A stretch of DNA of 60,325 nucleotides from a virus. Its lineage: Duplodnaviria > Caudoviricetes. The stretch covers positions 1 to 60,325 of IMG/VR virus record IMGVR_UViG_3300031689_000003, one strand, 5' to 3'. A model generated the notes under the pieces. The model searched no databases and was not told where the DNA came from. It saw nothing but the letters and a program-made list of their open reading frames with translations. Made by a program: the position numbers and the translations under genes. Position 1 is the first letter of the stretch. Every line of letters starts with the position of its first letter. Below are positions 37,107 to 48,400 of the stretch, piece after piece.

Positions 37107-38216
37107 TTATTTTCTACTCTTAATTTTTAAGCCTCGTCCGTTATCCGGATTTATAGCTTTGTATTGAGTTCCTCCTTTTGATGATACTTCAGGTGTATTA
37201 CGAGCAGACATATTCACGTTCTTAGTCTTTCTTAATAAATCATCAGTACCTTCTGACCTGCCTTGCTCATAAAAGTGCTTGGCAAATTTTTCAGGATTCA
37301 TCGCTACTGCAAGTGCTTTGTGATACCCAACTGCATCTTGAAGTAAACCTTCTTCATTCAAGAACTTTTTTATAAAGTTTCCCGGATTAGATTGTAAACT
37401 TTTCAATTCCATTGAGTCACCCGGAGTATACGTGACACTTTTATTTTCATCAATAGAGAACTCAAAACCTTTGAACTCGCTTCCGAAAACTTCTTCTGTC
37501 TTTTGTGTAAACCATTGAGATTTACGCTTCGCTTCCTCGTCATAAGAACTCGCTTCACTTACATATTGCTTATAGTCCTCCATTTGCTTTTGGTCTTCAT
37601 CAGAAAGAGAACGCCCACTTGACTCAAGAGGAATTCTATATTTTTCTTTTTCAGACTCAAAGTAATCTTTGGCCTTAGCAATTGCTTTCTTTTTTGAGAG
37701 TTTAGCTTTTCTAACAGTTGTCTCATCGTCAAGGTCTTCATCATAAGAATAATCCATCATCATTCCATCAATGTCCTCTTCGTCAAGACCTCTTTCAGTC
37801 GCAACTAAATAGTCTCTTAAAATTTTATCAGGATTTCCACCATCAAAGTCTTTGCTTAAAGCAACAAAGTCTTCAAGACCACGTCCTGTTTCTTTTTTGT
37901 ATTTATAATAAGCCGCAACATCTTCAGGTAATTCCTGACTTTCTTTACGTACTTCATTTAATTCATCTAAAGAAGTAATATCTCTATTATATCTTTCTTT
38001 CATAAACGACAGAATATTTTCTTCGTTTAGTTCAAGAGGTTTACTTAATTCTTCTTTATCCGCAATATCAGTATTAACTGTATCTGTAGGTACTGTTACG
38101 TGACCGTTATCAACTTCGTTATACTGTGCTTCGTGCTTCTCAAGTAATTCACCTTCTACTTGTTGTACTGATTTTGCTTCTGCATCATCAACTACTTTTA
38201 CATTTGTGTATTCCAT
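37107..38216 (-). CDS. Capsid scaffolding protein (probable start MEYTNV)
   Basis: Highly acidic and helical; between portal and capsid genes. Confidence 0.65.
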   Translation of the reverse strand: MEYTNVKVVDDAEAKSVQQVEGELLEKHEAQYNEVDNGHVTVPTDTVNTDIADKEELSKPLELNEENILSFMKERYNRDITSLDELNEVRKESQELPEDVAAYYKYKKETGRGLEDFVALSKDFDGGNPDKILRDYLVATERGLDEEDIDGMMMDYSYDEDLDDETTVRKAKLSKKKAIAKAKDYFESEKEKYRIPLESSGRSLSDEDQKQMEDYKQYVSEASSYDEEAKRKSQWFTQKTEEVFGSEFKGFEFSIDENKSVTYTPGDSMELKSLQSNPGNFIKKFLNEEGLLQDAVGYHKALAVAMNPEKFAKHFYEQGRSEGTDDLLRKTKNVNMSARNTPEVSSKGGTQYKAINPDNGRGLKIKSRK

Positions 38217-38244
38217 ATGATTTTGATTTAATTTAATTTTAATT

Positions 38245-40680
38245 TTATCTTGGACTAAACTCTGACAAATCAAATCCATCTAAACTATCCTCGTTTGATT
38301 CAAAACTCATTGGAGGTAAGTTATTTTTTCTTTGATTAATCAATTTACTTTGTTCAGTATTCTGTTGGCTAATTCGTGAAGCCTTTCCTACTTCTCTTTC
38401 ATCTTCTCTTTTTGACAAAGCATCTACTTCCATTCCACGCAACTGCATATTCATTTCAAACTCTTTATCCATTAACATAGATTTTAATTCAGCTTCCTGT
38501 TGCATTTTCTGCATCATTCCTTGAATCTCAGCTTGTTTGATTTGCATCTTAGCTTGAGTTTCCATCTGTAATTGTTGCATTGCCATTTCACCGGCTTGTG
38601 CTTGCATTGCTTGTGCTGATTGTGCTTGTGCTGCTTGTGCTTCTTTTGCTTGTTTTTGTTCTCGTTCTTGTTTAGCTTGTCGCTTAACTTTAAGAAGTTG
38701 ATTAGCAAGTTTAAGATTTTTTAATTCTCTTATATCAATAGCATCTTCAAGATTAATATCTCCTTTAGATAAAGCCATTTGAATATTCTGCTCAAGTTGT
38801 GACCTTTGTTCTTCATCAGGTGCTACTTCGATAAAAATTCCAAAGTCATAAATATATAAATCTGAAATCTCATTAAGTATACTTACGTTGTACTTTCCAA
38901 TTTTATTAACAAAGTCATCTTTAAAATCTGCATACTGTAATATATCCGAAACTCTATATGTTAATGCTTCAGCAATAGTTCTATACATATATAAACTTCC
39001 GTCTAATATATGTCGAGTTGCAGTATTAGAATTTAATGCTGCTAACTTCTGTACACCAACTAAAGAATTAGGGTCAGGTTTACTACCATCCCTCGCTTCA
39101 TTTAAGCCTGTTACAGACCTTATCATATCCATATAATGATTATAGTTACCTATAAGCATTTGTGTCTTTCCTGCTCCTGAGTTAGAGTTTAACTGTGTGA
39201 TAGGAACTCTTGCTTGATTGTATTCACCATCACCTGTATAGCTTCTACCAATAACACTACCTGTTTGGAAGTATAATCGTAAAGCATCTTCAGGATTATA
39301 AGCATTACCCGTACCAAGGTCAACCTCGTTTAAACCATCTGCATCAATAAAGACACCGTCAGGTACTACTTTAGATATTACTTGTTGTAATTTAAGATGT
39401 GTAATTTGAATAAGGTCAGCGAATGGTATCATTCTTCTAACCAAAGATTCTATTACTCCTTTGTACATACGAGGTGCACAAGCTACATAATTAGGTATTG
39501 CGTGCTGAGATGAAGACTTTGGTCTTACCATATTCTCTGCTAACTCCCACTTTAATAAGTAGTTAGTTCCCATTACCATTACTCCTTCATACCATACATC
39601 AATAGTCTTAGAAATTTTTTCATAACTACCTTCATCCATCATCTCTTCAGATGGATTGAATTCGTCAGTTTTCTCAACCATTCTTATGTTACCACTATCT
39701 TTTATTTTTTTCTTGTAAGTAAAAGTTTTAGTAGTTTTATAATTGAAATACATTAATGTTACAGTATCTCTATAAAAAATATCGTTGTTGTAATATTGTG
39801 CTACATTATAATAGTCATACCAACTTTGTCCACTTTTTGCAATCTCTTCTAAATCTAAATTAGTAAGTGTTGGTTTTATTTTTTTAAGTTCTATGATATT
39901 CATAGTCTTAATTTCTCCCCAATAAAAACAATCTTTAAAGTGTGGGTCTTCAGTATAACTGTATACCACATTTGCAGGGTCTACATATTTAACTTCGACA
40001 CCTGAACCCGGAAGAAACTCGTGCTTAGCAACTGAAATACCTATTACAGTAAGGTCATAATCTAAACGTTTTCGTAAATCAAAATAATGATTTTCCTCAA
40101 GTATAGTATTAATAGCTTCTTCTTCTGCTATTTCTATAGCAGGTTTGTACTTAAGTTGCATATATAATGACAACTCTTCATCTGTTGTTGGCAAATCTTC
40201 AGGATTAACTGAAAAAGGATTAGCACCTGTTTTCTTAGCAACTATGTCTAATACAGGTTTAGCAATCATCTGTCCCTCAATGAGGTCTTGAAACTTGCTT
40301 CGTCTTGCTTGAGACATTGCATCTTGTGCAAAAGCCTTTACTTTAAATAATCTATCAGACATCCCATTTACTACAATGTCTACGAACTTGGGCATAACAG
40401 GAACAGGTGTCCAATCTAAATTTAGATAAGACAGGTCGCCATCAACCGCTAACTCGTTTTTATATTTACCAACAGACTGCTCGCCACGGGCGTAAAGTCT
40501 AAGCCTATGGAAACTTCTCCATTGGTCATAGAATCTACATTGTGCTCCGTCCTTTTTGAACCATTCATATTGAATAGCTTGTCCGATTTGAATACCGAAC
40601 TCATCTGATGCTTTTTCTGCATCAGAAACAAACTGACTTGGGAAGCCTGCCGATGTTATGTTTACTTTAACATCTATCAT
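38245..40680 (-). CDS. Portal protein
   Basis: 811 aa after terminase; PKFVDIVVNG, VTGLNEARDG, Gln-rich C-terminal barrel helix. Confidence 0.85.
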   Translation of the reverse strand: MIDVKVNITSAGFPSQFVSDAEKASDEFGIQIGQAIQYEWFKKDGAQCRFYDQWRSFHRLRLYARGEQSVGKYKNELAVDGDLSYLNLDWTPVPVMPKFVDIVVNGMSDRLFKVKAFAQDAMSQARRSKFQDLIEGQMIAKPVLDIVAKKTGANPFSVNPEDLPTTDEELSLYMQLKYKPAIEIAEEEAINTILEENHYFDLRKRLDYDLTVIGISVAKHEFLPGSGVEVKYVDPANVVYSYTEDPHFKDCFYWGEIKTMNIIELKKIKPTLTNLDLEEIAKSGQSWYDYYNVAQYYNNDIFYRDTVTLMYFNYKTTKTFTYKKKIKDSGNIRMVEKTDEFNPSEEMMDEGSYEKISKTIDVWYEGVMVMGTNYLLKWELAENMVRPKSSSQHAIPNYVACAPRMYKGVIESLVRRMIPFADLIQITHLKLQQVISKVVPDGVFIDADGLNEVDLGTGNAYNPEDALRLYFQTGSVIGRSYTGDGEYNQARVPITQLNSNSGAGKTQMLIGNYNHYMDMIRSVTGLNEARDGSKPDPNSLVGVQKLAALNSNTATRHILDGSLYMYRTIAEALTYRVSDILQYADFKDDFVNKIGKYNVSILNEISDLYIYDFGIFIEVAPDEEQRSQLEQNIQMALSKGDINLEDAIDIRELKNLKLANQLLKVKRQAKQEREQKQAKEAQAAQAQSAQAMQAQAGEMAMQQLQMETQAKMQIKQAEIQGMMQKMQQEAELKSMLMDKEFEMNMQLRGMEVDALSKREDEREVGKASRISQQNTEQSKLINQRKNNLPPMSFESNEDSLDGFDLSEFSPR

Positions 40681-42905
40681 CTAATAATTTCGCTTATGTT
40701 CCCTTTGTTATTATACCTCGCAAAGTTAATGTTTATTTTTGATTGTTTTTTCTCAGGTTGATAAAGATGTTTTTGAGTTGCCATTATAGCTAAACCGGAC
40801 GATATACTTGCATCAAACTTAGTTCTATTGCTAATATCAAACTTTGCCCAATCCTCTAATGTTCTTACAAACGGCATCGTACCAATATCATCATTATCTA
40901 AAAAACCTACATATTGTTCTATATAAGATTCTATAGCAGAAGCGTGTGCCTGCTTAACTGCTTCACTTGAATTGGGTATACCACCTAACTCTCGTTCAGT
41001 TTTAGATAATTTCGTAAATTGTTTATCAGGTCTATTCACACTAAATCCTCTATATCCTCTGTTTTTAAAATGATATAATAATCTTGGTTTATTATTTTCT
41101 ACTAATATAGGCATTCCATAAAAAACACAAGCCATTAATACCTCTTCAAAAAATATTTCTGCAGTTTGTGGACGTGCAACATATTCTAAAAAGAATTCAT
41201 TACTTGGAGCATCATCCATATTAAACTTAGTTAATCCGTGCAAAGAACCATTAGAACCTCCTCCTCCAACTGTTCCTGAAATATCATAACTATCACATCC
41301 AAACGCTCCTATGTGTTCATTACCGGGATACTTAATTCCATTTTTTACTATAACTCTATTTTGTAAGTCTCTCTTAGGAGTCCAACTAACTATAAACCTA
41401 CCATTTTTATTAGGACTCATTATAACTTTACTATCTCTAATACCATCTTGCCAATTAAAACTACATCTCGTAGTGTGATGTTCAGTTACAAGTGTGTCAT
41501 TAAAATCTACTTGCTGATATATTCTTGTAAGATTAAAAAGAGATTGTTTGCTTTCATCTCTAAATGCGTGAGATTCAGTTCTTGGGAATTGTCTGTAATA
41601 TTCATTTAATGCATCTGCATCATTTTGTAATGAGTCTACTTCATCTTGCCAATAATCAATTGCTCCTTTATGAATTAACTCATCATCAATTCCAAGTATT
41701 GGAGACTTAGGAGTTTTAAAAACAGGCATTCCAAACTTATCTATAAAACCTTCCATATTCCATTCCATAGGAATAAAAAGATTATACAATCCGCTTTTGG
41801 TTTGCCCATTGGCATTCCTTTTATCTGCGTTTGAATCGTCATAAAGTTTTTTAAAGTTATCTCCACCTTTGCTCAAAGCATTAGAGGTAGAACCCATCAT
41901 ACATTTACCAATAATTTTACTACCTAATCTTAAACACGTTTTAGTAACACGCCAATTGTTTAAAATATTATTTGGTTTAATCCATTTACCACTCTCATCG
42001 TGAACTAATAATAATAATTTCTCTCCATCATAAGAGTTATCATCTGTATTTTTCCAATCTATTGTAGTGTCAAGACCTTGAATGTCATTGTTAGCTACAG
42101 TAGTCATATTTTTTTTAGTAATTTTTGCAGCAGGAACTCTAAAAGCTAATTCTGTTTTAGGTTTATCCATACCATCTTGCACAGGTTTAAAGAAAAAAGG
42201 AAGTCTATTTGCAATAGGAACAACTTTATCAGTAAACATTTTTTTTGCATCCCCTCCTGTTTTAGAAAGTATACCAACTCGTGCATCTTTTACAAGTGTA
42301 CCTGTATTGACACACTCTTCACTACCCATATAAGAAAATCCTGAACGCCTAATTTTTAAATAACATATCCCAAAACTTCTTTTATCTGCTCTACAAGCTT
42401 CCCAATAAATATAAAATATTCTATTTGCTTCCCTATAGTCAGGATATCCAATATCAATATTTGTCCATTGTATGTACATATAATGCCCACCTGTAATATA
42501 AGTAGACTTACCATTGCTCATAAAGAAAATCCCTTCTTCTCTTCGGTCAAATTCTTCTTCAATGTAATCTACCCATCGTTCTTTAAAATCAGAAGGCTTA
42601 TCATTCCATTGAAATATAGATTGTATTTTTTGTAGTTCGTTTGGAAGATTAGTTCTTTCCCAATATTGTTCTTCTTTTTTCTTGTGTCTTTGAAGACACT
42701 TTTTAGGTTCAAGAGGTAAGCCTATTTTTAAACCTTGTATATCTAAAATTTCTCCTATCTGACCTGTCTTTGAAATTACTACAAAATTATATTTTTGGTC
42801 ATATCCATACACCCAAGACTTAGCTTTGTTTTTAATGCTAAGTACTTTTTTAGGTATGTAGTTTTCTACTACTTTATATAAATTATTTTGACCTTCGTTC
42901 TGCAA
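40677..42905 (-). CDS. terL: Terminase large subunit
   Basis: LKIRRSGFSY (Walker A variant), LLVHDESGK (Walker B), MGST, FGCDSYD, KFDASISSG nuclease motifs. Confidence 0.9.
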   Translation of the reverse strand: MQNEGQNNLYKVVENYIPKKVLSIKNKAKSWVYGYDQKYNFVVISKTGQIGEILDIQGLKIGLPLEPKKCLQRHKKKEEQYWERTNLPNELQKIQSIFQWNDKPSDFKERWVDYIEEEFDRREEGIFFMSNGKSTYITGGHYMYIQWTNIDIGYPDYREANRIFYIYWEACRADKRSFGICYLKIRRSGFSYMGSEECVNTGTLVKDARVGILSKTGGDAKKMFTDKVVPIANRLPFFFKPVQDGMDKPKTELAFRVPAAKITKKNMTTVANNDIQGLDTTIDWKNTDDNSYDGEKLLLLVHDESGKWIKPNNILNNWRVTKTCLRLGSKIIGKCMMGSTSNALSKGGDNFKKLYDDSNADKRNANGQTKSGLYNLFIPMEWNMEGFIDKFGMPVFKTPKSPILGIDDELIHKGAIDYWQDEVDSLQNDADALNEYYRQFPRTESHAFRDESKQSLFNLTRIYQQVDFNDTLVTEHHTTRCSFNWQDGIRDSKVIMSPNKNGRFIVSWTPKRDLQNRVIVKNGIKYPGNEHIGAFGCDSYDISGTVGGGGSNGSLHGLTKFNMDDAPSNEFFLEYVARPQTAEIFFEEVLMACVFYGMPILVENNKPRLLYHFKNRGYRGFSVNRPDKQFTKLSKTERELGGIPNSSEAVKQAHASAIESYIEQYVGFLDNDDIGTMPFVRTLEDWAKFDISNRTKFDASISSGLAIMATQKHLYQPEKKQSKININFARYNNKGNISEIIR
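42684..42699. repeat. 16-bp dyad motif copy 7 (inside terL)
   Basis: GTGTCTTTGAAGACAC; encodes CLQRH on - strand. Confidence 0.9.
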
Positions 42906-43161
42906 ATCCTTGTTTCGTATCAGTTCTACTTGCTCCTTGTTCAGAAATTTTGATAGCCTCTCCTTCAGCTTCTATTCTACTTAAGATTTCAAATGCATCA
43001 AATATTGCTAACTTTTTTGTAGCCGCTGCATTCTTTAATCTATCTGCAGATAATTCATCTTCAGGGTCGTGTTTAATAATTTCTTCTTTTGCAACTTTTA
43101 TTAATTGCTCTACCGCCCTATGACCTGCTTCAATTATTTTTAACTTTATTTTTTTATTCAT
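42883..43161 (-). CDS. Putative terminase small subunit
   Basis: Small helical protein overlapping the terL start. Confidence 0.5.
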   Translation of the reverse strand: MNKKIKLKIIEAGHRAVEQLIKVAKEEIIKHDPEDELSADRLKNAAATKKLAIFDAFEILSRIEAEGEAIKISEQGASRTDTKQGFAERRSK

Positions 43162-43628
43162 TTATTTTCTTTTAAAAAACAAACTTGAATTAATCTTGCG
43201 TTTTCTGCAGAACCATAATTGTCAAATATATTTCTTGAATGATATAAGTCAGATGGAAATACAACTAATCTATTATACTTTGCTTTTAATATACAACTTT
43301 TTTTTCCTTTGTAATATAAAGTTGTTCCATCTTCTTCAGGATGCTTTTCGTTTAAATACAATATAGCCGTTAAATCACCCATCATCTCATCAGTATGAAT
43401 ATAATTTGGTTCATCTTGATAGATTGGAGACCTTCTTGCAAAGTTTAAGTCAGGTGAATAATTAGGATATTTAATTAATAAAAAATCTACTAACTCATCA
43501 CGACCTCTTGCTTGTACATTCTTAAAAGTATCTTCACCTAAGAGAATATCTTCAAAGCCTTTTTTTAAAATGTCTTTTTTGTAGGAGTCAACATTTTTAA
43601 TAACATTATTATAAATTCCTACATTCAT
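43158..43628 (-). CDS. 2OG-Fe(II) oxygenase superfamily protein
   Basis: IHTD...AILYLN...GTTLY...YNRLVVF...HSR...RLIQV. Confidence 0.82.
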   Translation of the reverse strand: MNVGIYNNVIKNVDSYKKDILKKGFEDILLGEDTFKNVQARGRDELVDFLLIKYPNYSPDLNFARRSPIYQDEPNYIHTDEMMGDLTAILYLNEKHPEEDGTTLYYKGKKSCILKAKYNRLVVFPSDLYHSRNIFDNYGSAENARLIQVCFLKENK

Positions 43629-44188
43629 AATTTAAGTGTAATTTGATGGTCATATATTCTATATAACTTCTCTCCATTTACTTCAAACTCATATTCACTT
43701 TCAGGCTGAAAAGAAACTTTGTCTCCTTTCTTAATTCCTTTACTCATTAAATATTTATTTGGATATTTCATTACACCAACTAAAGGTTCTTCACTTACAT
43801 TTTTATAAATATAAGAGTCAGTTGTAGGAATAGGTTTAACAAAACAATACCTATCATAGGTATGCCATTCTGTTCCATCGTGATATAAAAAATATTGGTC
43901 AGGTTCTATAAAGAATAAATTATCTTTAAAGAAACTTCTACCGCTTCTTCTATTACCTTTAATGTCATTGTAGAATTTGAATACATTATGATGCACAAGA
44001 AGTGTGTCACCCTTTTTTACAGGGCCTTCATAACTTAGTGGAAGTTCTATTACTGTTGCTTCTCTATTTGAAAACTTATGGTCTTCCTCAGAAGTACTTG
44101 TAATAAAATCAATCCCACCTATATCTTTTGTATTATTATATCGTTTCCCCTTTACAGGTTCGACTATAAAAAAGAATGGTGATTGCAT
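43625..44188 (-). CDS. Tandem GroES-like co-chaperonin
   Basis: Two units: FIVEP...GGI...ATVI...VKKGDTLL and CFVKP...GVM...IKKGDKVSF..ESEYEFEVNGEKLYRI. Confidence 0.65.
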   Translation of the reverse strand: MQSPFFFIVEPVKGKRYNNTKDIGGIDFITSTSEEDHKFSNREATVIELPLSYEGPVKKGDTLLVHHNVFKFYNDIKGNRRSGRSFFKDNLFFIEPDQYFLYHDGTEWHTYDRYCFVKPIPTTDSYIYKNVSEEPLVGVMKYPNKYLMSKGIKKGDKVSFQPESEYEFEVNGEKLYRIYDHQITLKL

Positions 44189-44202
44189 TTGATTTCATTT
44201 AA

Positions 44203-44442
44203 TTAAAAATTTATGTTATACTCAATAGACACAGGCATATTAGAACTAAATTCTTTCCACAATAAAATTTCATCAATCTCTTCAGTAACGCTTTTTTCAA
44301 TCCATATTTTTACAGATTTAGTTTGAGCATCAAAACGTATAAGATGTATCTTATGAGAGTTTCCTAAAATTTCTTGTCCTACTATGTAGTGCATAGCACC
44401 TGATTTATAATCAGGCCCTATAGAGATTTTTCTAATGTCCAT
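44203..44442 (-). CDS. Hypothetical protein
   Basis: ORF track; in operon. Confidence 0.6.
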   Translation of the reverse strand: MDIRKISIGPDYKSGAMHYIVGQEILGNSHKIHLIRFDAQTKSVKIWIEKSVTEEIDEILLWKEFSSNMPVSIEYNINF

Positions 44443-44451
44443 TAGGTTTTT

Positions 44452-44676
44452 TTAAGGAACTAATGTAGAAGAAATAACACCTGCGTTAGATATTGATAAC
44501 TTGTACACACTTCCATTGGGAGATTTAAGCTTAACATCGTGTTGATTAACTCCAAGTGTTAAGATGTCACTAAGAATATAATTCTTAGTAACACCCTCAT
44601 TTGTCATCTCAGAACCTATAACCTTATCAGTAAGAGAAGGTGCAGTATCTGTTGCGTATGTGCTTATTCTTGCCAT
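44452..44676 (-). CDS. Small structural protein; N-terminus paralogous to 51773..52531
   Basis: MARISTYATD...DKVIGSE versus MARISTYPID...DKWIGSD. Confidence 0.6.
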   Translation of the reverse strand: MARISTYATDTAPSLTDKVIGSEMTNEGVTKNYILSDILTLGVNQHDVKLKSPNGSVYKLSISNAGVISSTLVP

Positions 44677-44677
44677 A

Positions 44678-44935
44678 TTATTTAACCGGAGTCATTTCGG
44701 GAGCAGTCTTTTCTTCTGTTGTTACTTCTCCTGTTTGAATATTAATTACAGAATCTTTCCCGTATTTTTTAATTAATTTTTCTTCTTGCTTAGCATAAGA
44801 AACTTTTAACTCTGCCACTTTAGTCATTAAAGCGTTTTGAGATATTACTGTGTCTCCTAATTGAATTTTAGCTTGATTAAATTCTGCTACTAAATCTTGA
44901 ACTGTTTTAAGTTCTTTTTCTGATAAATTTTTCAT
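44678..44935 (-). CDS. Small coiled-coil protein (possible fibre chaperone)
   Basis: Heptad pattern, KYG...INIQTGE; -7 box TACATTTG at 44962-44969. Confidence 0.55.
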   Translation of the reverse strand: MKNLSEKELKTVQDLVAEFNQAKIQLGDTVISQNALMTKVAELKVSYAKQEEKLIKKYGKDSVINIQTGEVTTEEKTAPEMTPVK

Positions 44936-44979
44936 TTAATTAAATTATGATTATTATTATACAAATGTAATGTTTTTTA

Positions 44980-45468
44980 TCAACATATACTGATACCTGT
45001 TACAACTCCGTTATTTGGAAAAGCAAATTGCACAGTATAAGTTCCAAGACCTGTTCCACTTGAACTAAATACTCTACGAGTACCTCCACTTGCTAAATTC
45101 GTACAATCAAAATCTGAATATACTTTATCACCTGTAACAGGATAAAGACCTGAACCATCGTGATAGTAAGAAGTATTTGAACTACTAATAAGACAAGCGT
45201 TTCTTGGATTCGTGTTAGTTAAGAATGCTGTACAACCTGAAGTTGCATCTTGGTCATATTCATACCAAGCGTTCAATAATAATGGATTACTTGTACTTGG
45301 TAAAGTAGGACTATTACTATTTAAAGCAGGAAAAGCATTTAATCCCCCACCGTTTACCAAGTCATTTGATAGAATTGGATTACCTACACTTCCTCCACCG
45401 TATGTACCATATAATCTTTCTTGAGCAATGCCCAACATAGTAATAGTTCCCGAACTTGGTACTGCCAT
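44980..45468 (-). CDS. Fibre-associated protein
   Basis: MAVPSSGTITM start, directly after the chaperone-bearing fibre gene. Confidence 0.55.
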   Translation of the reverse strand: MAVPSSGTITMLGIAQERLYGTYGGGSVGNPILSNDLVNGGGLNAFPALNSNSPTLPSTSNPLLLNAWYEYDQDATSGCTAFLTNTNPRNACLISSSNTSYYHDGSGLYPVTGDKVYSDFDCTNLASGGTRRVFSSSGTGLGTYTVQFAFPNNGVVTGISIC

Positions 45469-45469
45469 A

Positions 45470-48400
45470 TTATTTAATTTTCTTTTTTAATTCTGCTATC
45501 TCAGCTTTTAATTCTTTAATAGCTTCAATTAACAATCCATTCATATTCCCATATGCTACAGAATACATTCCTTCATCATCTAATTTAACGAGTTCAGGGG
45601 CTACTTCTAAAACTTCTTGAGCAATTACACCTAACTGAGTAGATTTATCCTCTATGTCGTTCCTTGTGTACGACACACCTCTTAGTTGAGTTACTTTGTC
45701 TAAAGCATTTTCAATAGTTTCAACATTATCTTTTACTCTTGAATCAGAGAAAGCAATAATATTTCCTGTTGCTCTTATATCACCATTAACATCTAATTTA
45801 TAAGATGGAGTCGTGTCATTTATACCAACATTACCTAATCTTTGTATGCGTATTCTATTACTACCATTTGTAAATAAATCAAGGTTTGTTGCACCTGCTA
45901 TGTAAACTTGGTCACTTACTCCATCTACATCACCTATCTCAAACGTACCATTTTCAGCATCTATATTTAATCCTACATCTCCCGAAGCATTAACATTAAG
46001 ATTTGTACTAATTTTTGTTAATGAATTTGCTACTTCTAATCTTTCACCACCTCCTGTTACAATTCTAAATTGGTCAGCAGCATGAAATTGTAAATACGTA
46101 TTAGTATCTCCTGTTTTTATTATTTGGTCGTTTATAAATACATCTCCAAATGATGGAGTAGATGAAACCGATAAGGTAACACTACCTGATGTTCCACCGC
46201 CTGTCATATTAGAACCTGCATTTACTGCAGTAATATCACCTGAATTTGAGGTATAACCTGCTCCGTTAGTAATATTATTATTGTTAAGAGATATATTTGT
46301 TGTACCATTAAAACTTACACCTGCTATAAGTCTTGCATTTTGTAATGCAGTTGCAGTACCTGCGTTACCACTTATTGTAGATTGTACAATATTTGGTGCG
46401 GTGTTATTTAAAGTTACAACACCTGACGTTCCACCACCTGACATATTAGAACCTGCTATAACCTGAGTTATATCACCTTGAGGTATACTCGGAAAAGAAG
46501 CTACTGTTCCATTACCTCTAACATATTGACCTGTAGTTCCCGGTAAAGTTATTGAAGGAGTAGTAATTCCTTGTGATACTAAATTTCTACTTCCAACATT
46601 GAAAGCACCTGTATTATTATTTGCTACACTTATCTGAACAGTATTGTTTACTAACCAATCTATTCCTTGTACATCATCGTGTTCTATAACTTTATATCCA
46701 CTTTGAGTAAAGATTGTAGAAGCATCACTATTTAGTGTACTTAATACAATACCTTTCATAAAAGTTTTTGTATCGTTAATAGTTTGATTACCTGATGTTC
46801 TTACAACTGTTGTATCAACCGCTATGTCATTTGCATTTGCAGTAATTCCTGAACCACCAATAACATTTAATGTAACTGCTCCACTTGTACCACCACCGGT
46901 CATTCCTGTTCCTGCACCTACACTTGTTATATCACCTTGAGGTGCTAACGCTAAAAGACTTGAGACGGCAATTTCTTTAACAACACTATCAGTAGCATCT
47001 TCGTATAAAATTTTATCTGAAGAAATTATAGTTGTACCATCTGAAGCAGTATCAATAATATTTCCTGCTCCTGAATAATCTACACTTACTGTAACTGAGC
47101 CGCTTTGACCACCACCTTGTAAACCACCTGTAGCTGAAACTTGTGTAATATCACCTACGTTAGAAGTATAACCTGCACCGTTAATGATAGAAGCATTATT
47201 AATAGTAAAAGTTACTGTACCAAGTCCTTGTCTGTTTAAAGTTACTGTTCCTCCTGATATACTTCCACTTGTTACATAATTATTTGTATTAGTGTCTGTA
47301 GAAGTTATAGTTAAAACATCTCCAACAACAGAAGTAGAAACATTAGTTCCACCTAAAATTGATAAAGTATCGTTATTGTTATCAGCAACCGCAGTACCTG
47401 AATTAGATAATACGTTTTTGAATATAGATTGTGAAGAACCTCTGTCTGAGTTTGTTATTGTTATTGCTCCTGAAGTTCCACCGCCACTAATACCTGTTCC
47501 TGCTCCTACTGAAGTAATATCACCCTGTGGTATAGTAAATGATGTACTTAATGTACCACCATCTCTTTGTGTAAGAGTTATAGTTGTTGTAGAAGAACCT
47601 GAATCAGAAATTCCTGTAATTGTATTATCATAAGAATCATTAGACCTTTCTGTATTACCACCTGTCCAAGTTATTGCACCTACTGATAATGTATTAGTTC
47701 CTAAATTATATGTTAATTCTGAATCACTTGTAACATTTGAAGTTGCATTCCAAAGTGCTACTCTTCCATTTGCACCTGAACCTGTTACATTACCTACTTG
47801 TGAATTGTCAATTTTTGTCCAAGTAGTATTAGCAAATACTGCCCAATCTCCAATTGCCCAATCAGTAATCCCATCTAAGTTTGTAGAACCTGCAGTACTT
47901 ACTATGTAGTAATCTCCTGATGTTCCTGAACCTGAACTTAAAGTAGGTGAGTTTGTTGATGCATTCCAAGTTCCTTCAAATTGTAATACTCCTGTAAGAG
48001 CATTATTAATTGCAGTTTGTATTTGTGAACCTGTTGCTAAGTTTGATGAACTTGCACTTACTACTCCTGTATTAGGTGTTAATGTTACTGAAGTTGAACC
48101 TGACTTAGTTAATGTATTTGAATTACCTGTTGCTACTGAAGTAACACCTGAACTTGTAACATAACCTGAGTTATTAGTCCATTGAGATATGTTTCCACCT
48201 TTATTAGTGAAAGTTTGTGAGTTAGAAGCGGTAGTAGTACCTGTATTGGTTGTATACCCTGCTCCGTTAGTTAACTGATTGTTATTAGTAATACTGTTGT
48301 TAAATGTAATTGTTTCAGTATTTGACTGATTCATTGATATTGCACCACCACCTGTTAATCCTGTTCCTGCATTAAATGTTACTGTAGGATTATTTACTGT

